From NCBI GenBank assembly GCA_965223545.1, contig OZ245006.1:4736001-4800000 (forward strand): a DNA stretch of 64,000 nucleotides, read 5' to 3'. Positions 1 to 9,027 of the stretch are shown here, in pieces (position 1 is the stretch's first letter; each line of letters starts with the position of its first letter). A program made the position numbers and the translations under genes. Source of the stretch: Planctomycetota bacterium. GTDB lineage: Bacteria; Planctomycetota; UBA1135; UBA2386. The notes beneath the pieces were generated by a model that made no database searches, had not been told where the DNA came from, and saw nothing but the letters and a program-made list of their open reading frames with translations.

Positions 1-79
1 TCGTCCACCAGCTCGTCGCCGCGCTTTAGACAGGTCCCCCGCCAGCGCCGTGGGCGGAGCGCGTATCGTGCGCGATTGC

Positions 80-949
80 ATGAAGAACGCGCTCCACGTC
101 ATCCTTTTCGCCACAGCGGCGGCGGCGCCGATGGTGGCGCAAGCCACCGAGGTCCAACGGGTCGTGTTGCCGCACGCGACCGAGCCCGAGAAGCAGGTCG
201 AGTACTTCTGGCACGCGCCCGAGGGCGAAGGGCCGTGGCCGGTGCTGTTGTTCGTGCACGGCCACCAGTCCGGCCGCGAGCGGCCCGGGGCCAAGGCCTA
301 CGTCGATCGAGGCTACCTGCGGCGCGCAGCCGCCGATGGGATGCTCGCCTGCGCGGTCTCCATGTCCGGCTACGGCGCCAGCGATGGCCCGCCGGACTTC
401 TGCGGCCCCCGCACACAAGGTGCAGTGGCGACGGTGCTGCAGCACCTGCGTGAACGCGACGACGTGCGGGCCACGCGCATCGTCCTCTACGGCTATAGCC
501 GGGGCGCGGCCGTCGCGGGCATGGTCGCGGCGACGGACCCGAAGCTGGCGGGCGTCATCTTGGGGGCCGGCATCTACGACGTCGCCGCGGGCTTGCGCAG
601 CTTGGGTGACAGCGAGCGCGAAGCACGCATGCGCACCAATGTCCTGACGGAATCGGGCGGGACGGAAGCCGCGTTCCGCGAGCGCTCGGTACTGCACGCG
701 GAACCCACGATCCGGGTGCCCACCCTGATCCTGCACGGCGAGGACGACTCCAATTGTCCGGTGCAACAGGCGCGCGACCTTGCCGAGCGGCTGCGCGCGG
801 CGGGGACCCCGGTGACTTTGAAGGTGTTTGCCGGCGTCGGACACGGCATCCCTTCCGCCAAGAGTCGACCGTTCACCGACGCGTTCCTCGCTGACAGAGC
901 GCGCACCGATCCGGCGGAAGAGCCGCGACCGACTTCGGCAGGTCCGTGA
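80..949 (+). CDS. Secreted alpha/beta hydrolase (S9/dienelactone hydrolase-like)
   Basis: Signal peptide MKNALHVILFATAAAAPMVAQA; VHG oxyanion loop, GYSRG nucleophile elbow, HGEDD acid and GVGHG His. Confidence 0.85.
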   Translation: MKNALHVILFATAAAAPMVAQATEVQRVVLPHATEPEKQVEYFWHAPEGEGPWPVLLFVHGHQSGRERPGAKAYVDRGYLRRAAADGMLACAVSMSGYGASDGPPDFCGPRTQGAVATVLQHLRERDDVRATRIVLYGYSRGAAVAGMVAATDPKLAGVILGAGIYDVAAGLRSLGDSEREARMRTNVLTESGGTEAAFRERSVLHAEPTIRVPTLILHGEDDSNCPVQQARDLAERLRAAGTPVTLKVFAGVGHGIPSAKSRPFTDAFLADRARTDPAEEPRPTSAGP

Positions 950-998
950 GGTCGGATCTCCTGCTGGATCGGCGAGGTCGTGTCGTATCGTCGGGACG

Positions 999-1430
999 AT
1001 GAGCGGCTGCGATCTCCGTCATGCGTGCCCGGCCTCTGTCCTGAGTGCCGCGCTCTTGTTCAGCGCCGGCTGCGAAGCGCCGCCCGCTTCCCGTGCGATG
1101 TTGGGACAGTGGAAGCTCGCGCCGACCACGTTCGAGACCTGGGACGAATACCAGGTCGCCTCGGAGTCGATCCGGCAAATGTGGTCGTCGATGCTGGACG
1201 AGATGCGCTTCGATCTCGAGGTCACCGCCGACTTATTGGTGCTGGAGCACTCCCTGCGCGGACCGACGCAGACCGAGTCGTATGCCTACACCATCACGGA
1301 AGAAGCGGGAGACAAGGTGGTGCTCCAGTTGGGCGACGACCCGCGGAACCGCGCGACTGTGCGCGTCGTCGGTGACTTGATGCTGCTGACGACGGTCAAT
1401 GCCGAGAAGCTGCCTCTGCGGCGCAAGTAG
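999..1430 (+). CDS. Hypothetical lipoprotein (lipocalin-like)
   Basis: Hydrophobic stretch ending LFSAGC (lipobox), then LGQWKL motif; protein-like composition. Start uncertain. Confidence 0.6.
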   Translation: MSGCDLRHACPASVLSAALLFSAGCEAPPASRAMLGQWKLAPTTFETWDEYQVASESIRQMWSSMLDEMRFDLEVTADLLVLEHSLRGPTQTESYAYTITEEAGDKVVLQLGDDPRNRATVRVVGDLMLLTTVNAEKLPLRRK

Positions 1431-1573
1431 GAGCTCGACGCGGGGGGCGTCGGTGTGGTGGGATGCCACAAACACGGTGAGCGCGCGCTCTCGTTTAGCG
1501 CTACTCTGTGACCGCCCACGTCGGGCACTCCTCCATTCCTCGACCCGCATCGCAAGCCAACCGCGGCAACTCC

Positions 1574-2251
1574 ATGGAGCAAGCACAAAAGTCCCCGCCA
1601 CCGGCGATGATGCCGGACTGGAAGCTCGACAACTACGGTTCGGCGCGCGGCGCGACCGCCTACAAGTCGGATTGGGATGCCAAGCTGCACCGGCGCGTGT
1701 CCAACCGGCGCGAGCAGCGCATCTACGCCCAACTGCTCGCCGAGATCGGGCACTCCCGCTCGCTGCTCGATCTGCCGAGTGGGCATGGGCGGTTGTTCCC
1801 GATGCTGGCCGCGCATGCCGATCGCGTGATCGAGGGGGACTGGTCGTTCACCATGCTCGGGCTCAATGCCCGCGATCACGATCGGGCGGCCGCCGGCTAC
1901 GTGCGCTGTTCGGCGCTCGAGATCCCGCTTGCCGACCGCGTCGTAGAGACCGTCTTCTCGATCCGGCTGTCGCACCACTTCGATCGGCAGGAGGATCGCG
2001 AGCAGCATCTGCGCGAGGTGATGCGCGTCGCCGACCGCTGGGTGGTGGTCACCTTCTTCTCGTTCCACTCGCTGAAGAACGCGCTGCGCCGGCTGCGGGC
2101 GCCGTTCAACCGCAAGCGCGCCAAGAACACGCTGCGCACGGCGCGCGTCGCCGAGGTCGCGGCGGACTGCGGCTACCGGATGGTGCGCACCCTGCCGCTG
2201 TCGCGGTTGGGTTCCGGTCACGTCTTCGCTCTGTTGCAGCGACAGGAGTAG
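1574..2251 (+). CDS. Class I SAM-dependent methyltransferase
   Basis: Motif I LLDLPSGHGR, acidic motif II (EGDWS), SIRLSHH motif IV. Confidence 0.85.
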   Translation: MEQAQKSPPPAMMPDWKLDNYGSARGATAYKSDWDAKLHRRVSNRREQRIYAQLLAEIGHSRSLLDLPSGHGRLFPMLAAHADRVIEGDWSFTMLGLNARDHDRAAAGYVRCSALEIPLADRVVETVFSIRLSHHFDRQEDREQHLREVMRVADRWVVVTFFSFHSLKNALRRLRAPFNRKRAKNTLRTARVAEVAADCGYRMVRTLPLSRLGSGHVFALLQRQE

Positions 2252-2265
2252 AGGCGCGGTCGACC

Positions 2266-3084
2266 TCAGGCGTCGCGGGCGACGGCCCAGACATCCTGCC
2301 GGCACATCCACGCCGCGGGTGCGTGCAGGACGAGGCGCACTCCGATCAACGCCGCGAGCTGCGTGCGGACCCAATCCGGCGCGGCGACCGCGCGGCCGTA
2401 GACCTGGCCGCTGTCGGTCTGCTGGGGGTAGGCCCCGAAGCCGAAGCCGTCGCGGGCATAGTCGTCGAGCATCGCGGCGCAGGTCTCCGGGCGCAGCCCA
2501 CCGTGCTCGCCGGCGCGGGCGAGGGCGGCGACCAGCGGCCCGGCCGAGGTCAACACCAGCACGCCGCCCGGTGCCAGGGCACGCGCCAAGCGCGCCAGGA
2601 ACGGCTGCCACGCGGTCGCCGCGAAGTGGGTGAACAGCGAGCCGACCCAGATCAGGTCGAAGCCATCGGGCAGCGCGATGGCGTCGGGGTCGGCGGCACC
2701 GTATACCCCACGGGCGCGAAACCGCGCGGCGCAGTAGTCCACGCCGCCGCGGTCGAGATCGCACGCGACGAGCTCGGCGTCCGGCAGGGCGGCGCGCAGG
2801 GCGCGCAACACGCGGCCGTGGCCACACGGGAGGTCCAGCACTTGCCGCAGGCTGTCGGGCTTGCGCTCCGCCGCCAGCGTCGCCACTTCGATCCAGTGCA
2901 AGGCGGACAGTCCGGTCAGTAGGTAGTCGTCGAGGTCGCCCGCGAACATCTCGTCTCCCGCGGCGATGTCGCGGTCCACATCGACGAACCGGTGGCGAGC
3001 CAAGAACTCGCAGTGGGGGCGGCGGCGCCGCAGGATGCCGGCGCGGAGCGCGGCGAGGTCGGCGTCGTCGTGGGGCGTCGGCAT
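2266..3084 (-). CDS. Class I SAM-dependent methyltransferase
   Basis: VLDLPCGHGR, ACDLD, FDLIWVGSLFTH, LAPGGVLV motifs; start chosen at MPTPHDD. Confidence 0.85.
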   Translation of the reverse strand: MPTPHDDADLAALRAGILRRRRPHCEFLARHRFVDVDRDIAAGDEMFAGDLDDYLLTGLSALHWIEVATLAAERKPDSLRQVLDLPCGHGRVLRALRAALPDAELVACDLDRGGVDYCAARFRARGVYGAADPDAIALPDGFDLIWVGSLFTHFAATAWQPFLARLARALAPGGVLVLTSAGPLVAALARAGEHGGLRPETCAAMLDDYARDGFGFGAYPQQTDSGQVYGRAVAAPDWVRTQLAALIGVRLVLHAPAAWMCRQDVWAVARDA

Positions 3085-3157
3085 GGAGCGGTGGCAGCGG
3101 GCTTGCTGGCGGGGTTGGCCCCGCAGCGGTTGCTTTGGCATGATCAGAACTCCACGC

Positions 3158-3754
3158 ATGCAGCGCGCCAAGTCCGTCGACGAGTATCTCGAGATCCACG
3201 CCGAGTGGTCGGCCGAGCTCAGCAAGCTGCGCGGCATCCTCACCGCTTCCGAGCTCGAAGAAGAGGTCAAGTGGGGCGCGCCGTGCTACACGCTCTCGGG
3301 CAAGAACGTGGTCGGTCTGGGCGCGTTCCAGCAGCACGTGGCGCTCTGGTTCCACCAGGGCGTCTATCTGCAGGACAAAGACGGCGTGCTGATCAACGCG
3401 CAGGAGGGAACGACCAAGGCACTGCGCCAGTGGCGGTTTCGCCGCGCGCGCGACATCCCCGTCCGGCGGGTCACAGCCTACGTGCGAGAGGCTATCGAGA
3501 ACCAGCGGCAGGGCCGCGCGCTGCGACCTCAGGCGAAGAAGGCAATCGCGTTGCCGCCGGAGTTGCGCCGCGCGCTGCGTGGCCGTGCCGCTGCCGAGCG
3601 CGCGTTCGCCGCGTTGACGCCGGGCCGCCGGCGCGAGTACGCCGAGTACGTGGCCAGTGCCAAGCGCGCGGAGACCAAGGCCTCTCGAGTGGCCAAGGTG
3701 CTGCCGATGATCGAGGCTGGCTTCGGCCTCAACGACCGCTATCGCGACTGCTGA
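3158..3754 (+). CDS. YdeI/OmpD-associated family protein (DUF1801 + OmdA-like domain)
   Basis: VDEYL...EEEVKWGAPCY...LWFHQGV...INAQEG..KALRQWRF and C-terminal LTPGRRREY..Y..SAKR.ET...R..K.LPMI..G.GLNDRY. Confidence 0.88.
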   Translation: MQRAKSVDEYLEIHAEWSAELSKLRGILTASELEEEVKWGAPCYTLSGKNVVGLGAFQQHVALWFHQGVYLQDKDGVLINAQEGTTKALRQWRFRRARDIPVRRVTAYVREAIENQRQGRALRPQAKKAIALPPELRRALRGRAAAERAFAALTPGRRREYAEYVASAKRAETKASRVAKVLPMIEAGFGLNDRYRDC

Positions 3755-3775
3755 GCCGCCGAGTGCAGTGGTCGT

Positions 3776-6004
3776 TCACCAGTCGAAGCCGAGCACCGCG
3801 TAGCCCGCGCCCGCGGCGCTGACCGGCAGCGAGAACGCCGTTCCCCCACCGACGCTGCCGAAGTTCGTGGTGATCGGTAGCGGCAGATGGAGCGCGGTCA
3901 GCAACAGCGCGGTGTACGTGTTGCCGACACCGGCAAACAAGGTGCCGAACGGTCCGGCGGCGAGGCCGCGTACTTGGCCGCTGCCCGCCGGCACGGTGCC
4001 CAGCGTGCGTGGCGTGCCGCCGACGAACAGATCGACCTCGATGCCGCCACTGCTGTTGCCGAGCAACAGCACGCCGGGCAGGTTGGGGTGGGTGGCGATC
4101 GAACGGAAGTAGCCCCGGCGGATGAGCTCGAGCTGTTTGGACGTACCGTCGAACACGTAGGCGTCGCTGCCGTCGACGATGCCGATGATCTCGAGATCGC
4201 CGTCGAGGTCGAGGTCGGCGACCTCGACGTCGGTGATCTTCGACCAGAACGACCCCATCTGCAGCGAGTTCCACTCCAACGCGCCGGTGGCGTAGTCGTA
4301 GACGTAGACGAACACGCCGTTGGAGCCGGTGTGCTCGGTGCCGGAACCGGCGACGATCTCCAGCTCACCATCCCCGTCGACGTCGGCGATGGCGACGGAG
4401 TAGAAGGTCTTGCCGCTGGGCAACACCGTGTTGCTCCAGATCTCGGTGAAGTTGCCGGCAGCGTCCACGTCGTAGATCTCGACCAAGGCGTCGTAGGTCG
4501 TGCCCGCGGCGATCGCGATCTCCTCGTCGCCGTCGCCATCGACGTCGTGCAGGGCGACGTCGTGGATCCCGGTCCAGCCGAGGTTGTTGGCGAGCTCTTG
4601 CGAAGTGGCCCGCAAACGCCGCGTCGCGGGGTCCAGCCAAACGATGCGGCCGGCACCGTAGCCGGCGTCCGAGGACCAGGAGACCGCGATCAAGTCGTCG
4701 TTGCCGTCGCCGTCGACGTCGCCCACCACCGGGCCGGTGAACGGCCCCTCGAGCTGTTCGTTCTCCCACTCGATCTGCTGGCTCACCGCGTCGCCGACGA
4801 ACAGCCGGTCCTCGCCGGTCGACGTGGCGCCGGCACCCCAGAGCACCTCCGCCTGGCCGTCGCCGTCGACGTCGAAGACGGTGACATCGGTGGTGCCGTG
4901 CTCCGGGTTGCGGATCGACCACAACGACGCCTGCGTCGCCATGTCGTAGGCGTGCACGCTGCCCCACTGGGCATCGCCGATGATGAGCTCGTCGGTGCCG
5001 TCGCCGTCCGCGTCGGCGACGTCGATGGCGCCGACGTTGAACAAGCTGATCGACCACTTGGGCAGCCCCCGATCGATGTCGAATGCCCAGCAGAAGCTCC
5101 ACGCCTCACTGGCGATGAGCTCCTGCATTCCGTCGCCGTCGAAGTCGGCCACCGCCAGCTCGAAGCCGAAGCCTGCCGGCCAAGTCCACTGCACGGTGCC
5201 CGTCGCATAGTCGAGCACGCGGCCGTCGGTGGTGGCGATCTCGAGCCCGGCATCGGCGTCCATCTGGCCGGCGATCACGTCGCTGCCACCCGTACCGTTG
5301 TGGGCGAGCAGCTGGTCGCCGCCGCCGGTGTAGGCGTACACGTTGTTGTCGTTGCACAGCAGGAGCTCGAGCTTGGCGTCGCCGCCGAGGTCGACCAGCC
5401 GCATGCTGTTCAACGAGAAGGCTGCGGTCGCGAACTCGCCGATCTTGGCCTTGCTCGCCTGGTCGTGCAGCTCGATCACGCCGTCGCGCCGCGCGACGAC
5501 GATCTCGGCGCCCGGGTTCGGGTGGACGTCCCCGACCGCCAGCCGTTGGACTCCGGACGTGTAGGTCGTCGAGAAGTACACCTGCGAGTAGCCGCCGGTA
5601 CTGGCATCGTGCCGGAGAGCGTACCAGTAGGAGTTGCCGCCGAACGTCGCCCCCGACCCGCCGCTGTAGATCTCGGGCGTACCGGAGGCGTCACTGGCGA
5701 CGATGTCGGACAGGCCGATTCCGGCGCCGAACGCGGCGTAGCCCCACGACGGTGCGAACCCCGTCGAGGTCCGAACCGTGCCGGCTGGGCCAGCGTCCGG
5801 CGGGGTGGGCGCCGCCCGCGCGGCCTGCCGCGCGAGCGTGGCGCGGTCGTAGTTGATCGGAGCTCCACGCGCGTCGAGCACCGGCGCGCCGTGCGCGTTG
5901 GTGCGCGGTGCACGAAGCTCGCCCTGTGCGGCCAGCGGTAGGGCCGCGGCGAGCCACGGCGCACAGAGGGCAATGCGGCGGAGGAAGCAGTGAGGGCGTG
6001 CCAT
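3776..6004 (-). CDS. Secreted FG-GAP/VCBS-repeat beta-propeller protein
   Basis: Signal peptide; many DxDGDG Ca-binding repeats (DFDGDG, DADGDG, several DVDGDG, DLDLDG). Confidence 0.85.
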   Translation of the reverse strand: MARPHCFLRRIALCAPWLAAALPLAAQGELRAPRTNAHGAPVLDARGAPINYDRATLARQAARAAPTPPDAGPAGTVRTSTGFAPSWGYAAFGAGIGLSDIVASDASGTPEIYSGGSGATFGGNSYWYALRHDASTGGYSQVYFSTTYTSGVQRLAVGDVHPNPGAEIVVARRDGVIELHDQASKAKIGEFATAAFSLNSMRLVDLGGDAKLELLLCNDNNVYAYTGGGDQLLAHNGTGGSDVIAGQMDADAGLEIATTDGRVLDYATGTVQWTWPAGFGFELAVADFDGDGMQELIASEAWSFCWAFDIDRGLPKWSISLFNVGAIDVADADGDGTDELIIGDAQWGSVHAYDMATQASLWSIRNPEHGTTDVTVFDVDGDGQAEVLWGAGATSTGEDRLFVGDAVSQQIEWENEQLEGPFTGPVVGDVDGDGNDDLIAVSWSSDAGYGAGRIVWLDPATRRLRATSQELANNLGWTGIHDVALHDVDGDGDEEIAIAAGTTYDALVEIYDVDAAGNFTEIWSNTVLPSGKTFYSVAIADVDGDGELEIVAGSGTEHTGSNGVFVYVYDYATGALEWNSLQMGSFWSKITDVEVADLDLDGDLEIIGIVDGSDAYVFDGTSKQLELIRRGYFRSIATHPNLPGVLLLGNSSGGIEVDLFVGGTPRTLGTVPAGSGQVRGLAAGPFGTLFAGVGNTYTALLLTALHLPLPITTNFGSVGGGTAFSLPVSAAGAGYAVLGFDW

Positions 6005-6054
6005 GCCGCGAGACTAGGCGGCCCGCCAGTGGCCGACAACCCGGGTGGCGTCGC

Positions 6055-8847
6055 CTACTGTCGCCAGTAGTGCGCGAGGCACGCAACGCCGGGCGCGTCG
6101 ATCACCGCGAGCTTGGTTCCCGTCGCGAGGTCGAACACGTCGACCTTGCCGACGTCGGCCAGGGCGACGAACAGTAGCTGCGGTGCGTGCGCCGGCAGTG
6201 CCGTGCCCGTGAGGTCGATCTTGACTTGACCCTTGCCGCTGTGGGCGGCGGCGAAACCCGGTAGACCCGGCAACGATCGATCGGGATAGCCACCGTTGTT
6301 CGCGTTGTCGTCGAACGCGAGGTCGACCGGTTGATTTCCGGAGAGCAAGTCGCCCGCCGGCGTCGTGAACGACAAGCCGCCAATGCGCTTGGTGACGGTC
6401 AAGCCCTCGATGCGGCTCACTTGGCCGAGGCCGCTGGTGTCGCGGTGCGTCACCCAGCAGGCCGGCGTCAGGCCGGAGAGGTCCGGCTGGATCGCAGTGG
6501 CGGCGGCGAAGGTGCCGGAGACCGTGCCGACCAGCGAGCCCGCGCTGCCGATGGGGCCCGATTCGTACAGCGACACCGAGCCATCCGCGTTGAGGATGTG
6601 CGCGAAGTAGGTCCCCGAGCCGGTGCCGATGCCGGTCTGTCGGGCGGTGACGGCGACGCCGATCGGGCGCACGGCGTCTGGGGGCAGCCGCTGCAGAATC
6701 GTCGCGTTGGGGTCGAGGATGGTGAGGCCGCCGCGGTCGTGGCACACGAAGAGCGCCTCGCCGTCCGGCTGCCAGGCCAGCTCCGTCGGGCCGGCGGCGA
6801 CCGCGATCTGCTGGATGACCTGGTGGAACGAGGCGCTCGTTGGATCGATGTCCGCGATGAGCACGCCGTCGCGGTCGCTGCTGATCGCCAGCCGCCGCAG
6901 GTCCGGAGACACCGCCAGGTCGACGGGGTCGGCGACCTCGATCTGGTCCAGGATCGTGAAGCGATTGCTGTTCAGCACGAGCACGCGATCGGCGTCGGCG
7001 TCCAGCGCGTACAAGAACTGTCCGATCTGCTGCCGCGCGGTGAATGGCGTGAACGCCAAAGGTGGTGGCGGTGAACCCGGCGGAGGCTGTGGCCCGACGA
7101 ACGTGCCGTCGAAGTTGCCGCCGAGGATCCCGGTGCCGATGAACGGGTTGCCCGCCACGAGCAGGTTGTTGGGGCTCGCGAAGGCGGGCGGCGACGTCGT
7201 CGTGACTCTCCCCGGAACTCCGGTCGATGACGTGACCGTTGGTTCTTCGCTGTAGATCGCACGCTGCGGATTGGTCGCCGGGAACAAGATGCGCGGCGGG
7301 TTGGGGTGCGGCGCGACCCCGATCGTGTTGCCCGCCACCGGCAGACCGGTGGCTGGGCTCACCTGGTTCGACGCACTCGCGGTGCGATTGATGTTGGAGC
7401 TGTTGTAGACGAGATCGAGCGGTTGCCCGAGCTGGATCTCACGGATGCCGGCCGTCAGTGGTTCGCGCAGCAGCCGGGTGTCCGCCACGTCGTCGATGGT
7501 CTTGGTCAAGAAGCCGGAGCCGCCACCGTCCAACAGCGAGGTGCCGGGGGCGAGCGGGGGAATCACACCGGGGGCTCCGAGGTTTGGATTGAGGACGAAG
7601 CGGCTGCTGAGCGGGTCTCCGGTTCCCTGGCCGAAGCCGTTCAGGTCGAGGACCTCGATCCCGACGCGCGCGCCCGACAGGCCGATGTAGATCGCCTCGG
7701 GCGCGACCGGCGCGTTGACCAGCCCCGGTCCCGTGGCGGTGGTGAAGGTGGTCTGCTCTGCGGTGGCCATCACACCCGTGAGTGAGCGGACGAGCGTCGT
7801 GACGGAGACCCGACTCTGGCCCGCGAGCGGGTGGATCGGCTGCACGCGAAACCGGCACAGATCGCCGTGGCTGATCGGCTCCGCGCGGACCAAGACCGGA
7901 AACTCGCCGCCGGTTCGGCGCTCGGCAACAGCCAGCGTCACGCGGCCCGGAGTCGGCACCAGCGCTCCGGTCAGATCGCCGACGTCGATCGGCTGTGCCG
8001 GTTGGTCGTACTCCAAGACGACGTCCGTCGTGACATCGACGTCGAACGCGCCGTTGGCGGGGGTCGAGGACGCGAGGCGGGGGCCGCTGCTCAGGGGTCC
8101 GACGCTCGTCGCCGTGCACACCGCGGTGCTCAGCGGCGCGCCGGCGGCGCTCAGCACGGCGTCGCTCGCTTCGATCCGCAGCGAGACGCCGGCCGGAAAG
8201 GTCTCCAGCGTGGTCAGATCGTCATCGGTGTCGGCGACGAACACGAAGGAGCGCGGCGAGACCAGCTCCGCAGCGCCCGCGAACCCGGTGGGGAAGCCCG
8301 TGGCCCGCGGGTCCACGATCACCGTGCCGCGGTCACTGGCACGCACGGCGACGACCAAGGTCGGGTCGGGCGTGGGCGTCGTCGGGTCGTCGAACACCGC
8401 GTGCCCGCCGACGAACGCGCGCCCGCGCACGGCGGTGCGCGCGCCGGTCGCCGGATCGATCGCGGTGACCTGCAGGGCTCCCGTCAGGTAAGAGCTCGCT
8501 GCCGCACCGGGCTGCGTGCTGAGCAGCGTCCCGATCCGCGGCCGCGCGTTGAACCGCACGTGGATGAAGTGGTTGCCCGGTGCCCCACTGGGCAGTACCG
8601 CCGCCGTGCGCATTGTCGCCGGCGGCCGCACCAGGTTGGTCGGCGTCGCGTTCTGCACGAGCGTGTGCAGGTTGCGGATCTCCAGGATGGTCGCTGTGGG
8701 CTGCCCGAACGGGTCCACCTTGGCGATCTCGTACGGATACAGGCGTCCAGCGCCGACCTCGATCCGATCCACGTCGAAGCCGGGGCCTTGGGCGGGTAGG
8801 GCGGTCGCGATGGCGACCAAGATGGAAAGTGAGGCGGTGGGGGTCAT
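6055..8847 (-). CDS. Secreted protein with Ig-like (SbsA/Big_5-like) domain and C-terminal YncE-like propeller region; paralog of 53899..55722
   Basis: Signal peptide; SSTPANGAFDV..(Big_5-like); C-terminal half shares NAPVAPEAIYIG, DLNGFGQGTGDP, RQQIGxFLY, HSGKG and terminal YWRQ with the 53899..55722 product. Confidence 0.8.
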   Translation of the reverse strand: MTPTASLSILVAIATALPAQGPGFDVDRIEVGAGRLYPYEIAKVDPFGQPTATILEIRNLHTLVQNATPTNLVRPPATMRTAAVLPSGAPGNHFIHVRFNARPRIGTLLSTQPGAAASSYLTGALQVTAIDPATGARTAVRGRAFVGGHAVFDDPTTPTPDPTLVVAVRASDRGTVIVDPRATGFPTGFAGAAELVSPRSFVFVADTDDDLTTLETFPAGVSLRIEASDAVLSAAGAPLSTAVCTATSVGPLSSGPRLASSTPANGAFDVDVTTDVVLEYDQPAQPIDVGDLTGALVPTPGRVTLAVAERRTGGEFPVLVRAEPISHGDLCRFRVQPIHPLAGQSRVSVTTLVRSLTGVMATAEQTTFTTATGPGLVNAPVAPEAIYIGLSGARVGIEVLDLNGFGQGTGDPLSSRFVLNPNLGAPGVIPPLAPGTSLLDGGGSGFLTKTIDDVADTRLLREPLTAGIREIQLGQPLDLVYNSSNINRTASASNQVSPATGLPVAGNTIGVAPHPNPPRILFPATNPQRAIYSEEPTVTSSTGVPGRVTTTSPPAFASPNNLLVAGNPFIGTGILGGNFDGTFVGPQPPPGSPPPPLAFTPFTARQQIGQFLYALDADADRVLVLNSNRFTILDQIEVADPVDLAVSPDLRRLAISSDRDGVLIADIDPTSASFHQVIQQIAVAAGPTELAWQPDGEALFVCHDRGGLTILDPNATILQRLPPDAVRPIGVAVTARQTGIGTGSGTYFAHILNADGSVSLYESGPIGSAGSLVGTVSGTFAAATAIQPDLSGLTPACWVTHRDTSGLGQVSRIEGLTVTKRIGGLSFTTPAGDLLSGNQPVDLAFDDNANNGGYPDRSLPGLPGFAAAHSGKGQVKIDLTGTALPAHAPQLLFVALADVGKVDVFDLATGTKLAVIDAPGVACLAHYWRQ

Positions 8848-9027
8848 CGAGTCTCCGGGGTCATGGCGTGGCCTGGCAACCGCGTGCCGCGCCGCTCTAC
8901 GTAGCTCGGGTGCGATCGGCGGTCACAGAACGCTCTGGATCCCAACGAGTGGCCGCGCCGCGACTCCCCATTCTCGGCGGGTTTTCCGTACGATGGGAAG
9001 GGGAGCACCCGTCGCCAAAGGAGCCCG

